A stretch of 63,125 nt of DNA, counting the filler, from Octopus bimaculoides (lineage: Eukaryota): NCBI RefSeq assembly GCF_001194135.2. It is 4 parts of 4 records of this genome, joined end to end, with 100 filler letters (N's around TTAATTAATTAA, not from the genome) between each part and the next. Parts side by side here need not be neighbours in the genome. Positions count along the whole stretch, not along the records: positions 1 to 31,184 come from NC_068988.1; 3 more parts are not named here. One strand, given 5' to 3'. The notes below the pieces were generated by a model. That model had not been told where the DNA came from. It was given only the letters and a program-made list of their open reading frames with translations, and ran no database searches. Each line of letters starts with the position of its first letter. The first letter of the stretch is position 1. This document shows positions 1 through 12,565 of this stretch, piece after piece. The translations under genes and the position numbers were made by a program.

Positions 1-189
1 TATCTGTCATTACAGTATCGAAATGTGATTGTTTCAGTTAGTGGAATAACGTGTACATATACATCTATATGTATACATATACATCTCTCTCTCTCTCTCT
101 CTGAAAGTATCTGTCATTACAGTATCGAAATGTGATTGTTTCAGTTAGTAGAATAGTTTCATTTTTTAAAGTGAAAGTATTTGACATGA

Positions 190-418
190 GTGTTTTTGTT
201 TCACTTTTGACACGTAATACTTAAATAGTGGAGGAGATATTATGTTGCTGTGGGCTCGAACTCTGCAAGAAGTTAAAATTTTTTTTGACTAAAACACAAC
301 TGGAACCCTAAGTAAGGCATCTGTAAAATTTGAATGAAATTGGTTGCGTAGTTCTCGAGTTTTAGGGATTCACACAGACAAACAGACAGACACACATTCT
401 CATTTTTATATATATAGA
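190..418 (-). mobile_element. Non-autonomous Helitron-like element, 5' part
   Basis: Minus strand starts A|TCTATATATATAAAAATGAGAATGTGTGTCTGTCTG. Body resembles 40800-41015 (aaatttgaatgaaattggttg...tctcgagttttag...acagac). 3' end not resolved. Confidence 0.55.
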
Positions 419-579
419 TACCTATACATATAAATTTGACATGGGTGATTCTTTCTTGTCTTGAGATTTACGGTCAAGCGGCTGGGTGGAATTGCATGAA
501 AAATTATACACATGTAGAATGATCCGGTGCTGTTGCTGGGCTTTGTATCTTTTCATAGCTCCCATGGTTACTGAGATAA

Positions 580-1019
580 TCTACTATAATAATACTCTTG
601 TGTTTATGAATGAGAAAGGAAGGGGTGATGTCATACTTGGTTGTGGGATGTTGAAAATTGTACACTGAAAGAAATAAATCAAACAGTGTTTCAACTGTGT
701 GAATATGTGTGTGCGTATGTAAAAGGGGGGTATGTGAATGTGAATGTGTTTGTGTGCGTGTGCGCGCGCGCATGCATGCAATGGAAGTGGGATGGTTCAT
801 CTTTGTTCGTTTAGTATTTGGGTTTATTTTTTGATTTGGTGGAATCTTCGTTGTTTGTTTTGTTTTGCTGGTCAGTTATTTTTAGTGTTTTGACAGAAAA
901 AAGTCATTCAAAGTTGTTTTTTAACGTAAGCGTGCCCAAACAAGTCGATTGCTTACACAGAGCAGGTTTTACAGCCACATCATCCAAACCAACCGAGTGA
1001 AACCAGGCTTAGCTGCTAG
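580..1019 (+). mobile_element. Non-autonomous Helitron with both termini
   Basis: A|TCTACTATAATAATAC 5' end, decayed GC hairpin (ccgagtgaaaccagg) and gctgCTAG|T 3' end, inserted in an A|T site. Confidence 0.7.
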
Positions 1020-1129
1020 TATATATTTGTATGTATATATATATGTGTGTGTGTGTAAAAGCGCATGTGTCTGTAATTCTATTTTTTATGTACCTTTCTA
1101 AACAAATATACACTCACTCAAATATATAA

Positions 1130-1319
1130 ATGTATTTTACACAAACACACACATTGCTCCATTCACACACGCACATATACTCACACAAAGTTGAAGTGCT
1201 GTTTGATTTTTGATTCACTGTTGACTTTTCACCATCCCACTTCCATTGGTGGATCACTCCTTTCTTTCTCATTCTTATGTTGTCGGAGACATACACAAGA
1301 GTATTATTATAGTAGAAGA
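1130..1319 (-). mobile_element. Second copy of the same Helitron 5' region, inverted relative to 580-1019
   Basis: Minus strand starts A|TCTTCTACTATAATAATACTCTTGTG and shares the ctgtttgatt...catcccac...ctttctcattc...cacaagagtattattatagtag block with 580-760. Confidence 0.6.
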
Positions 1320-1542
1320 TACACGATGCTCTCTTTGCGACTTCCTCTCTCTCCCTCTCAGTCATGGCTATTACTCTCACTACCTCTCCTTCACTGAATT
1401 ACTATTTTCTCTCCTCTCCCTCCACCATTTACTCCTACTGCATAATTTTGNNNNNNNNNNNNNNNNNNNNNNNNNNNNNNNNNNNNNNNNNNNNNNNNNN
1501 NNNNNNNNNNNNNNNNNNNNNNNNNNNNNNNNNNNNNNNNNN

Positions 1543-1577
<35 letters not shown>

Positions 1578-1599
1578 AATATATAAAGACACTACACTC

Positions 1600-4500
1600 A
1601 TTATTACATTAGAAGATTGTCTTTGCACAGCTTCTAACACTGGAGATGTTCTATGGTGTCACCTGTTCACTACCAGTGAACTAAGGTAACCCCTTATTTT
1701 TCGAGCACCATCCAGAGTATTCGAGCGGTTCCAAGAGGTGCTGGTTTCTGCAAGTGCTCCACCTTTATTGCAGCCCCTATTTGTTCCATGTACTTCTCAA
1801 GATTTTTATTCACTGTTCTCAGGGCTCCAACAATTATTGGTACTACTACCACCGTTTACATCGACCACAACTGCTTAACCTCCCAAGCTAATCTGTCATA
1901 TCTATCTACTTTTCTTTCTTCCTTATCACATACCTTTGTCAGCTGGGCATGCTATGATCCAGCATTGTTTGCTTTCTTTCTCAATTAATACTACGTCTGG
2001 TTTCTTATTCTCTATCTCACGGTTGCACTGAATTACAACATCCCATAGGATCTTTGCATTATCATTTTTGATGATGCCTTGATGTTTATGTTCATACCAC
2101 TTTTTTGCTCTGTGAAGTCCATACTTGTTGCAAAGTGTCGAATGGACAATCCTTGTTATGTTGTCATGACATCTCTTATATTCTTTCTGGGCTAGTGGTG
2201 TATATTGACTGGTATATTGCCATACGGTTTCACCATTTTGTCCACAGATTCTGCATTTATCACTTTCTGATGTGTCATCTATTCTGTATTTGATGTAATT
2301 GGTTCTTAATACTTGTTCTTGGACAGTAGAGATTAGAGCCTCCATTTCCGGTTTTAAGTCATCCATAGCCATCTTTTCTCTGTCTGTCTTATCTTCAGCA
2401 TCCCTATGAAATTATCCATGCATTCCTTTCTTTATCCACCTATTTTCAGTTTCATTTATTCTCAAGTATTTGTATAGTGCTTTATCATTGCAATCTTTCA
2501 TCCTACACAAGCCTGACCTTCTTACTTCCAATAATAGCAGTTCTGTGGCATTTTTTACATGCCATGCTATGTTGTTTTCTTCTGCTCTAATGCTGTGTCT
2601 GCATCCAATCAGTCCTCTTCCCTCTTTTTTTCTTGGTGCATACAGTCTGACTATCACTTTTTGGGTGGAATATCCCATATCTAGTCAGCAACTTCCTTGT
2701 CTTTCTGTCTAAGCTGTTTAGTTTGTCTACTGTCCATGCGATTACCCCTGCTCCATATCCGAGTGAAAACGCCCAGGTGTTGATAGCTTCAATCATATTC
2801 TTTCCATTTAATTTCTACTTAAGGATCAGTCTCAGTCTGTGCAAGTACTCCACCTTAAATTTTTCTGTCATTTCTTTCTCCATCAATTTATCCATTTCCA
2901 ACATCCCCAAGTACTTATAACCTGTCTCTTCTATTGCTTCATAACCTCCCCCAACAATATCGCTAGCGCATCCATACATTTAATTTTGCCTCTCTTCAAG
3001 ACTAATACACCACACTTTTTCAGTCCGAACTCAATTCTGATATCAGCATATCAGTATACACCATATCAACGAGGAAACTGACTTGGGATTCATCTTTACC
3101 ATAAAGTTTGAGGTCATCCATGAATAACAAGTGGTTGACTTTTTGTTGGCAGCTTTTGAATACATACCCAGCCTTTGCTTTCCTCAGATCAGTGTTAGTA
3201 GTACCATGCACAGTAGAAAGATCAGTGAGCACAGGCAGTCCCCTTGGAAGATGCCTCTCCTGATCTCTATTGTCCCTAAGCTTCTTCTATATGTAGTCAG
3301 TTCTGTTGTCCACTTCACCATACTTTTTCCAAGCAATTGCCTAACATTTGCTGCAATACCAAATAGGTGTATACATTCCATAATCCATAATATGCCTTAC
3401 AATAATTGATCCATGACACGGCTAAGTTAGTTTTTGTCCTCTTGCAGTCTCTAAGTACAGTTTTGTCTATCAGGAGTTGATCCTTGGTACCTCTGCACTT
3501 ATGCTTGCACCCCTTCTGCCCATGTGGCAGGACTCCATTTTTTTCCAGATGTCCGGACATCGATTCTGTGACTATTTCAGTTAATAATTTCCACCTAAGT
3601 GGCAAGCAGGATATCAGACTGTAATTGTCTACCATATTGCCATTTTCAATGTTTTTCAAGCACAGCACTGTCCTACCCAATGTCAACCACTCTGGTGTTA
3701 CTTGGTCCGCATTTAATAGGGAGTTGAGTTGTGCAGCTATTTGTGTATGACATTCACCATATCTTTTGATCCAGTAGCTTTGACCTTCGTCTGGTCCCAG
3801 GCCTTCCAGTTGCCCATTTTTTTGCTGATTTCCTTCACTTCCCTAACTGAAATGATTAGTTCTGCCTGTTTTGGACAGACTACTGTTTGTTTCAGTTCTT
3901 GCAACCATTCAGCATCCTTTTTGTGCTCCTTGTCTTTGCTCCAGATGTCACTCCAAAACCTTTGACTTTCGATGTTATCTGGTGTCAATTTTCATCTGTA
4001 CTCTCTCCATTTATTTCTTTATAGAATCTCTTCTGATCTACTCTGAATAACCTATTCTGCTGATATCACTTCATTCTTTGGTCATATCTTACCATCTTTG
4101 CAGTGAGGCACTGTTTCAGTTCCTCCATTACCACTTTCAGGCCCTTTCTTTCAATATCATACTTCCTGTTCAGTGCCCAGTATTTTTGTTTGCTTTTCAG
4201 TCTAACAGAGAAATGTCCTCTGAGAGCATATCTAACCCTGCCTGTATTCTGCTTTTCCATCATGGATCTTTTCTTTTGTCACTCCCATTATATTTCTTTT
4301 TCTTGACATCAACACCCAAACACCCACATTTTCTGCTACAATAATACTTGCAGCTTCAATCAAATTATTTGTTTTTGTGTTGTTTTTTGTTCTGATGTAT
4401 TTCAGAATTTCATTCACATTTTTTATGTCTTGGTTCAATTTCCACCAATCAACCTTTTTAAGGTTGCAAATAATGTCAATGTTGTTCTTCTGTAGCCTTG

Positions 4501-5150
4501 CCTTTATTCTGCTGTAGATTGCCTTTTGCCCATCTATCATGTTTTATTGTCTTTTTCCAGACCATCTATATGTCTCTCATCAAGCAAACTATCACAGTTT
4601 CTTTCCTGTGGTTTATTAGAGATCTCACCTCTGTTTTCTGCTATGAGATTACTTTTATCAGTAAGAACTGTATTCTCATTGTATTTTCCTCTGCTGCTAT
4701 TTTCCAGTACCCGTCTTTTGATAGCTTCAAGCTCTACTTCTGTGAACCAATGATATTTTCTTATTGCTCTAGCTTGATCACATAATCTCTGTTCCCTCAG
4801 TTGAAACAATCCTCTTTCTCTTCATTGATCATACATACATTGTCAGTATCCCCTAATATGAGCACCATCTTCATCTAAAGGGTTGCTCAGGTAGTAACAC
4901 TCCATGACCACAGCATTGACTTGTCTGTTCCATCTATGCCATGTGTGCTGGTCCATTGCTGGATAATGACAGGCTGGAGCCGGACCAGTATCTCTGAGCC
5001 TGCTGGGTGCAACACCGTCACCATCAAGGGTTGCAGTTTCATTACCACCATTATTCAAAATATTTTGTTTTTTCATTGTTACTCATATGAGCCAGCGGTT
5101 ATTAGGTTGCACAATTACCAGTGTTTTTATTGTGACACCATCACTACATG
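1600..5150 (-). mobile_element. Near full-length decayed R4/Dong-like non-LTR retrotransposon (RT plus restriction-like endonuclease)
   Basis: Frameshifted pieces: N-terminal WNRQVNAVVMECYY; RT QKGC...GTKDQLLID, GIFQGDCL, NHLLFMDDLKLY; zinc knuckle CRICGQ; REL ILWD...KKPDVVLI; C-terminal LGTARIL. TAA-rich 5' flank. Confidence 0.88.
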
Positions 5151-5289
5151 TATTATTATTACTATAATTATTATTAAGGCGGAAAAGCTGGCAGAATCAT
5201 TAGTACACTGGACAAAATACTTATTGATGTTGCTTATCTATTTGATACAAGAGTGGCAGCAAAAAAAAATTAGGAAAATGGTAAGATAG

Positions 5290-5640
5290 CAGGACCTAAA
5301 ATATGAACTTCAAAGGATTTAGAATTACTGTAAAGTTATTCAAAGGCTTGCACATTCTTTTTTTGAATTGCCCTTTTTTCAACCAAACCCAGGTTTTGGT
5401 TCTATATACATACCCAGTAGTTTTCCAAAACTGAACATGCTTAGGTTTTTTTCAGTCTGTTCAAACATACTCTCTTTGAATTTCATTAATGTCTTTGTCT
5501 CCTATTCCACACTTGATTACCTGTTCTTTATTCACTGCCTTTAGTAATTTCTCTGTGTTGTTCTGTAAATATTCTAATAGGAATTTTCTTTCCATGTGAA
5601 CACACTCTTCTACAGCAATTAAACCTCTTTCAAGTACAAC
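5290..5640 (-). mobile_element. R4-like LINE fragment (post-RT region)
   Basis: Degenerate ADVY.LYL...GLIAVEE-like segment similar to the post-RT part of 1600-5150. Confidence 0.5.
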
Positions 5641-5809
5641 TGGTAAACATCAGCTTTAGGATGGTGGGCTCCATACACAGTCAACAGCATTTAGATTTTC
5701 AGTCAAGTTTCTGTATGTCACTTTTTGCCCATTCAACAACTCTAACTCTATATCTGATAAGCAGTATGGCTCTTGCATTTATTGCTTCAATAGCATTGTT
5801 TGAATTCAA

Positions 5810-7290
5810 CTTTCATCATTATCATCATCATTTAGTACCTATTTTCCATGCTGGTATGGGTTACATGGTTTGACTGGAACTGGCTCCAGTCTCTTTTGGC
5901 TTGGTTTCTATGGCTGGATGCCCTTCCTAATGCCAACCACTCTATAGAATGTACTGGGTGCCTTTCAAGAGTCACTGGCATGGGCGCCTTTTATGTGCCA
6001 TCAGCATTGGCCATGACTACAATTTGACTAAGCTTGATGTGTCTTCTCAAGCACAGTAAATTGCCAACGGTCTCCGTCACTTGTCATTGCCTCTGTGAGA
6101 CTCATCATTTGATATTTCACCACCTCATCCCACATTTTCCTGAGTCTAACTCTTCCACAGTTAGAGATTGGCACTTCTTTACACAACTGTCCTCATCCTT
6201 ATGCATCACATGGCCATATCAGTGCAGTCTTCTACATTTGATGCCTCGTATACCCAATTTTTCTCTTTAAACACTCACACTATCATATGTGCACAGTGAC
6301 ATTGAACATCCAGCGAAGCATACTAGCTTCATTTCTTTCAAGCCTTCACATGGCCTGTGCAGTCACATTCCCATGTTTCATTGCCATGTAGCATGGATGT
6401 TCACACACAGGTGTCATACAATTACCTTTTACTCTGAGGAAGAAGTCATTTGTTACCAACAAAGGTAGAAGCTCTCTAAAGTTTGCCCAGTCCATTCTTA
6501 TTCTAGCAGCTATACTCTCAGAGCATCCTCCTTCACTACTGGTTTAGTCACCTAGATAATGAAAGCTATCTACTACTTCTAAATACCCCACTGGGCATTT
6601 GACGAAATCTATTCCTTGTACATTCCTAGTGTTTATTGTACCTATACACCTGTCACACACAAAGACTACTTTCTCTGATATGTCCATAACTTACACTGAA
6701 TACACCTTATGGAGTTTCTACCTACATGTTTTCTACATATCAAGCAGGGATGTGTGACTTGTCTGTTTTTCCATGTACTAAGACTTTGGTCTTTGCTAAA
6801 TGAAACTCTAAGGCCCTTTGATTCCCGACCTTGCTCCCACACCTGAAATTTTTTCTCTATTTCTGGTAGTGATTCAGCAATAATAACAAGGTTATCAACA
6901 TAGGGGATCTCTAAAGGGCAGCCTGCCTTAGATTCCTCTGTTTGGCCTGGAGGACTATGATGAACAAGAAGGGGCTGAGAACTGATCCCTGGTGAACTAC
7001 TACCTATACACTGAATTCATTGCTATACTCGTTGCTAACTTTCAGCATACTGATAGCATCTGTGTACATGGCTTGTATGATTCTCACCAACCACTCATTG
7101 ATCCCTAGCTTCTGCACTGACCACCAGATAAGGTAGTGAGGGACCCTGTCAAAGGCTTTCTCCATGTCAACAAAAGCCAGAAACAAGTTTATTTTTAGCT
7201 AAGTACTTCTCCTGCAGCTGCCTTACCAGGAATATAGCCTCAAAAGTGCTTCACTTTGGCACAAAACCAAACTGCATCTCATCTGCACTA
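5810..7290 (-). mobile_element. 5'-truncated RTE-clade LINE with 3' UTR and (ATG/TGA)n-like tail
   Basis: RT motifs FLAFVDMEKAFDRVP, GVVHQGSVLSP and a DNLVII (YADD-derived) segment. The 3' UTR block ctggatgcccttcctaatgccaacc and the catcat tail lie at 5810-5940. Confidence 0.85.
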
Positions 7291-7294
7291 ACTT

Positions 7295-8200
7295 TTTCCC
7301 TAGTTAGTTGAGCTATGACCCTCTCTGTAACTTTCATACCTAATGCAACTATTATTATAAGGACTGTTTCTGTTTTTAGGCTCCACATTCAGCTTACCTC
7401 TATTTCCAGAACTTTGTATTTCGAGAGTTTCTCCATTTCTTTTAGAGATCATTGTTATCTGTTGGTATTGATACATCAATAAGAAGGCATTTTTTTCTTG
7501 GTGATTTCTGATAGCTATATCTTGTCTATTAGCCTTAATTTCTCTATCTGTATGTATTGGCATATCCCAGAGTATGGTTACCTTGTCATTTTCTGAAACC
7601 TTTTCTGGGGTGTGCCTATACCTTTTTTTTTCTGTTGTCATTTCATAGCGTTGGCATAGCTTCCAGTGTATTCAGGTCCCAACTCTGTCATATCTGTGGA
7701 TATATTACTTCTTAGCCAAGACTGGGTAGCCTGAAGCAATATGATTTATTGTTTCTTTCTCATCACTACATATTCTACAGTTACTTGTATTTTTCTTTAT
7801 TATGTGTTTCTGGTGGCTTCTGGTGGTGGTGGGTGTGGGGGCTTTGATCTTGTGCTGCAATTAAAAATCCTTTAGTCGCTGCTTTGAGTTCTGAGTTTCT
7901 CAGCCAATGTTGGGATTTTACTTTGTCTATTTCTTTTCTGTTTGGCTTATCCCAATATTTGCCATGTAAGGGCTTTTCTTGCCATTGTTTTATTCTGATG
8001 TTTTGTTGTTCCAGTTTTCGTCTGGATTTCAGTTGTTTTACAGCTTTTGCTGTTTCTTATACAGCTTTTGTTGTCTTATTATTGTTATTATTATTATCAT
8101 TATTATTATTATTACATACTTTTCATCTTCTTCAATATGTATTTTCCATTGTTTCTTTTTTTGCAGTGGATCAAGAGATTTTTTTAATATCAAGTTGAGT
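7295..8200 (-). mobile_element. R4-like LINE 3' fragment (endonuclease region)
   Basis: KPLHGKYW...LIAAQDQS, ENDKVTILWDMPIHTDREIKANRQDI. An internal (TAA)n expansion lies at about 8085-8115. Confidence 0.8.
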
Positions 8201-9440
8201 GGCAAGATGATGTAAAATAAGGTTAACCCTCAAAACAATCCCTTTTATAACAATTTCAGTTTGCACATTACAAATTCCACTTAAAATCAATTGTAAATAA
8301 TTACTATTCATACTGAATTTAAAAACTTCATCATCTGAAATTTTCATTATATGAAAACATGAGATTTCAGTTAGTAAAATGTTCCTCTTTTGTAAGACTG
8401 TATACCATACAGAAACAAAAGATACCTATAAATCAAAATTGGTTATAACCTACCCTGCTTCAAATTCTTTATTTTGAATGTCAATTAAAACTCACTAGAC
8501 AATTTAATGAAATCTGGTCATAAACTATAACGCTAGCCTTCAAACCAAATGAAGGTCACATCAATACTTTAAACATAAATTAATCTACAAATTGAAGCTC
8601 TTATTTGCATATTTCCAGGAAATATGATTTATAGATAATAAATACACAACAGAAATAAGAGATCAATAAATCACTTCAAATTTATCATTTAACTAAATTT
8701 GGACAGCAGCCTTTGACCAATTGTGTAAATCTTTTAGTAACTGAATTAAAAACTGGGTTATTCAAATAAAAACAAAAATGATCTCAGTTCAAGCTATATA
8801 TAAGTGGGAGAATAGTTCTCAATATTAGAGAGGGATAAAGACCATAGAATGTTGGTGGAAATGATTTTTGATATTTAGTTACTACATTTCAAGTTCAAAT
8901 CTAACTTCAGTTAACTCTATCAACATTCTTTGGGATAGATAAAATACCCATAAAGTCAAATTAAATCAAATATAAGGCGCCTCTGAATTTGAGGAATTGA
9001 TAGGATATTAACAATATTACAGAGGAGTGGCTAGAACAGTAAGGTACTAAGCCAGCTTTATTTTATTGGTATCAATAAAATGCAAACCAATTAATATATT
9101 AATTATCAATCAACAACAGAGTCTTCGCATTAAATTTATGCTATCAATGTAAGAAATTAGCACTGAACATGGTATGAGAATTAGTATAGGGTTTCTCCCT
9201 CCAATACACTTCAAACTGCACCAACACTTGCAATCCTACTATATTTTATCTCTCCACAACAGACCCTGTCACTGTTGTCTGTTCTGGGACATGGTCTCCA
9301 CCACCTCTAATTATCATATTTATTATTTCTGTTCCAATTTTTTTTTATTGTTGTGCCACGAAACAGAAGTTTTGTCCAAATTTAACAGTTAAATTATTTT
9401 AGAGCCTATTCTAATGCAAATGAAACAGGTTCAGGTATGG

Positions 9441-9620
9441 AGAGTAGATTAGGAGTAGAATGGAGTATGTAGGGTAGAAAAGAGGCAGAGCAAGGTATCT
9501 AGGGTAGAATAGAGGTAGGGTGAGGTATATAGTGTAGAATGGCAGTAAAGTGAGGTATATAGGGTAGAATAAAGGTAGAGTGAAGAATATCAGGTAGAAT
9601 AGAGGTAGAGTGAAGCATAG
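9441..9620. repeat. Degenerate 30-bp minisatellite, about 6 units
   Basis: Units such as agggtagaatagaggtagggtgaggtatat recur with a 30-nt period. Confidence 0.8.
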
Positions 9621-9728
9621 AGTCAAGCTAGCAATGTAGAGAACAGAGACAATCTTAGAGGTAAGCTACCACCTGTAAACAATAGCATCACAGCAGAGAG
9701 TAAAGAAGGAGACAGCATAAGCACTTAC

Positions 9729-9787
9729 CCATATTTTTGATGAGGACACATTACATTGTTACATATTCGCAGATGACTTTCCAAATC
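9729..9787 (-). CDS. TRAF7: TRAF7 coding exon (59 nt): DLESHLRICNNVMCPHQKY+GG
   Basis: ttattttctttgaag|GAT TTG GAA...AAA TAT GG|gtaagt. Phase 0 start fits the previous exon. Aligns to human [20 protein letters not shown]. Confidence 0.93.
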
Positions 9788-10399
9788 CTTCAAAGAAAAT
9801 AATAAATAAGTAATATAGTCCATCATTTATTATCCTCATCTTGAGGTTTTCGATTTTAAATTTAATTGATGTAATAAATTTAAGAAGATCATTAATTAAG
9901 GACAGCAAATGTTATGTCACACATTAGAGGTACACTGTGAAGGCTTGGTAGAATCCATAAGAGGGAGGTTAATTGTTGTTTAGTCCCAAGTTTGCCATGA
10001 TCTAAGAGATCAAAAGCATTCCAGCTATGACTATTATGTCTTTTTAAAACTATGTAAGACAACATTATCTAAAACATCCTTTCCTTTCATAAAATAGCAT
10101 GATTTGCCTGCTATTTCTGGCTGATTGAGTGACCATGTAGTAGATCTGTTTTAGTTCACTGGTCAATACTCAATGTCACAAGTAATCTCCTTAAGAAGTA
10201 AAACCATTTTTCATAGTGGAAGTAGTGCTGGTAGTAGTAGTGGTGTTAGTGACTACCTCTACTAGAAGTAGTGGTTGCAGTAGTGATATTAAGGTAAGTG
10301 CTGATGGTGGTTGAAGTAGTGGTGATACTCCAGCATGGCCAAACCAAGAAAAGGTTGTAGTTAATATTTTATGTCTAATATGTTTAATGTATATTTTGG

Positions 10400-10620
10400 A
10401 GAGTCACGCTGGGCAAGTCATAAGTGGATGAATCACAAGTGAATCATAAGTCGATCAGAGATGGTTGAGTCTTAAGTGTTATGGGTGGACATGTTATGAG
10501 TTATAGGTGGGTGAGTCATGAGTGAGTCATATGTGAGTCTTAAGGAGGCATGTTATGAGTTGTAAATGGAAATGTCATAGGTGAATTAGTCATAAGTGAG
10601 TGATAGGTGAGCCAGACTAA
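10400..10620. repeat. Degenerate short-period repeat rich in (t)gagtca(t)
   Basis: Repeated agtcataagt / gagtcat / gagtctt words. Exact TGAGTCA at 10512-10518 and 10523-10529. Confidence 0.5.
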
Positions 10621-11234
10621 AAATTTAAAAATTCAGTGCTTTGTATAGAGATACTAGAACTGTATTGTGTTCATGGTCATGACAGCTGACTCTAACTTGC
10701 TAGAAGCTCTGTTGTTGTCTAGCCTCAGGTTAGTTCTGATCAAATCAAGTAGACCAATGGTCAATGACATTTCATCCATAACCGTCCTGTGTTTTGGACA
10801 GTGTATCTTCGATTACATTGTCCAATGTGTCCTGACATTGTGTGATTTGAGGCAATTTGGTAGCTATTTCTATCACACTGAGCAACACATAAAGGCTGCG
10901 CCACTGGTTCACTATAAGTAACAAGTGTTTCATAATCTAACAATGCTTAATTAAAATTTTTCCCTGGGAGCAAGCAAAGTGCAAGTCATCCTGGAGCTTA
11001 CAGCAAGAGTTCTATTTGTTTGGGGCCCATTTCCTTCCTGAAATTAGGATTAGGCCCTGGCTCATACAACAGCCTCTCTTTCCCTATGACCATTTACCAT
11101 CAGTCCAATACCTTAATAAATAAAGGGGTTTCATTAACCACACCAAAAACTCTTATTCCAATAGAATCATTTTATGTTGGTGTTGTACCATTTGAGATAT
11201 TTTGTTTTGATTATAGTTATTATTATTATAGTTA

Positions 11235-12372
11235 CTAGCTTAAAAGCCACCTGATAGGACAGCTTTTAGCCTAGCTCCTGTGGAGGGCTCTTCATTGGGC
11301 TTTGGGCCCAACAATAACACTTCAGGCATTGAGAACATATTAAATCTTATTAAATTTGAACAATAATTTACAAACAATTAACAGTTTTCATCAAAACAAT
11401 GATAAAATTTGTCTATTTAGAACTTATTACAAAGCTGCATGATGAACAACATTTTTGGTCTTCCTATTTGAGGTCAGTACAAATAATTTGTTTGCATTCT
11501 CAACTCTTGAACAACCAGCATAGAGCTGGACATGAGAAAAGCAGGGTTCCATCAGATGAAGCCCAGTTACTTTCAATGATTGACCTATTGATTGACAGTG
11601 CATAACTCACTCACACTGGAAACTAAAGTCTTTTGAACTATCTCCACAAAGACTGGTTGCCCATTAGTATCAATGCCGTGGATTTGCACTGAATTTTGTT
11701 CGAGCCAAGCATCACATACTGCTCAACAGAAATTATTCCAGTTCTACTTTGTATAGAAGATTCATATATCATATAATTTTGCGAAATATCATGTGACCAA
11801 CAATAAATGATTAAAAGGATGTTGTACAGGGGCACATGGCCTTTATCAAAGTATGACCTGTGACAGACTGATTTTCGTGTTTTACAAAGCTTGCAGTACC
11901 AAACTTTTCTGTCAAAGGCTACATGGTGATTTACAATATTCACAGGTGTACCTGTTCATAATTGAACGGCGCCATGCCAACCATTGAAGAATGTTGTTGC
12001 ATGATACCGCAAATTTAGTAATATTTCATGATTCTTCTAACATAGTTTCGCAATTAAAAATTTCCAATTCCAAACTAGACTAATTTTGGTGTGGTGTAAA
12101 CTCATTTTGGTAAAGTTAAGTAAGTTGAATTACTTCCCTTAGCTTCTTTCATTAGTTATCTCCCCTTAAATTTTATTTACTTTTTGTACGCTTGTATCGA
12201 AAATTTCGGAATCAAAAATTTCAGGATTGCGGGTCCAGATTCGGCCTGAAATGTTTTTAACTTACTCACAGACTCAGCGTGATTCCCAAATGGTATGATA
12301 TGTTGGGCAACAGTCTCCAGGAGTAAAGTTGAAAACGTGTGACACACTGACACTCGCATTTATTATATTAGA
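11235..12372 (-). mobile_element. Composite non-autonomous Helitron: 5' terminus, Merlin-like fragment, helicase C-terminus, hairpin and CTAG
   Basis: 5' A|TCTAATATAATAAATGCG at 12372. Helicase FKRL*FPV*VSYALSINRS...LHLMEPCFSHVQLYAGCSRV...KNVVH at about 11440-11637. 3' aaaagc...gcttttaagCTAG|T at 11235. Confidence 0.75.
11638..12040 (-). pseudogene. Merlin/ISXO2 (IS1595-family)-like transposase N-terminal fragment
   Basis: LQWLAWRRSIMNRYTCEYC...DRKVWYCKLCKTRKSV...SYF.K.H.PL..IL.IIYCWS, ending in DTNGQPVFVEI(D) at the first catalytic Asp motif. Family assignment is from my recall of Merlin proteins. Confidence 0.62.
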
Positions 12373-12565
12373 TTACTATTATTAATTTTTGAGGATTGAC
12401 GTAACTCTTCACCAAGGTACTGTTGCTTTTAGCCCCAGGAGGACATCTCCTCCAGCTGGCTTATCNNNNNNNNNNNNNNNNNNNNNNNNNNNNNNNNNNN
12501 NNNNNNNNNNNNNNNNNNNNNNNNNNNNNNNNNNNNNNNNNNNNNNNNNNNNNNNNNNNNNNNNN

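Noticed and set aside
1-9728. Next TRAF7 exon (C.F.G...HL..C.FE..KEFL)
   Set aside because: I scanned non-repeat stretches (420-1100, 8200-9400). The KEF-like hit at about 8450-8480 has no TRAF7 context, so the exon is presumed to lie left of the window.
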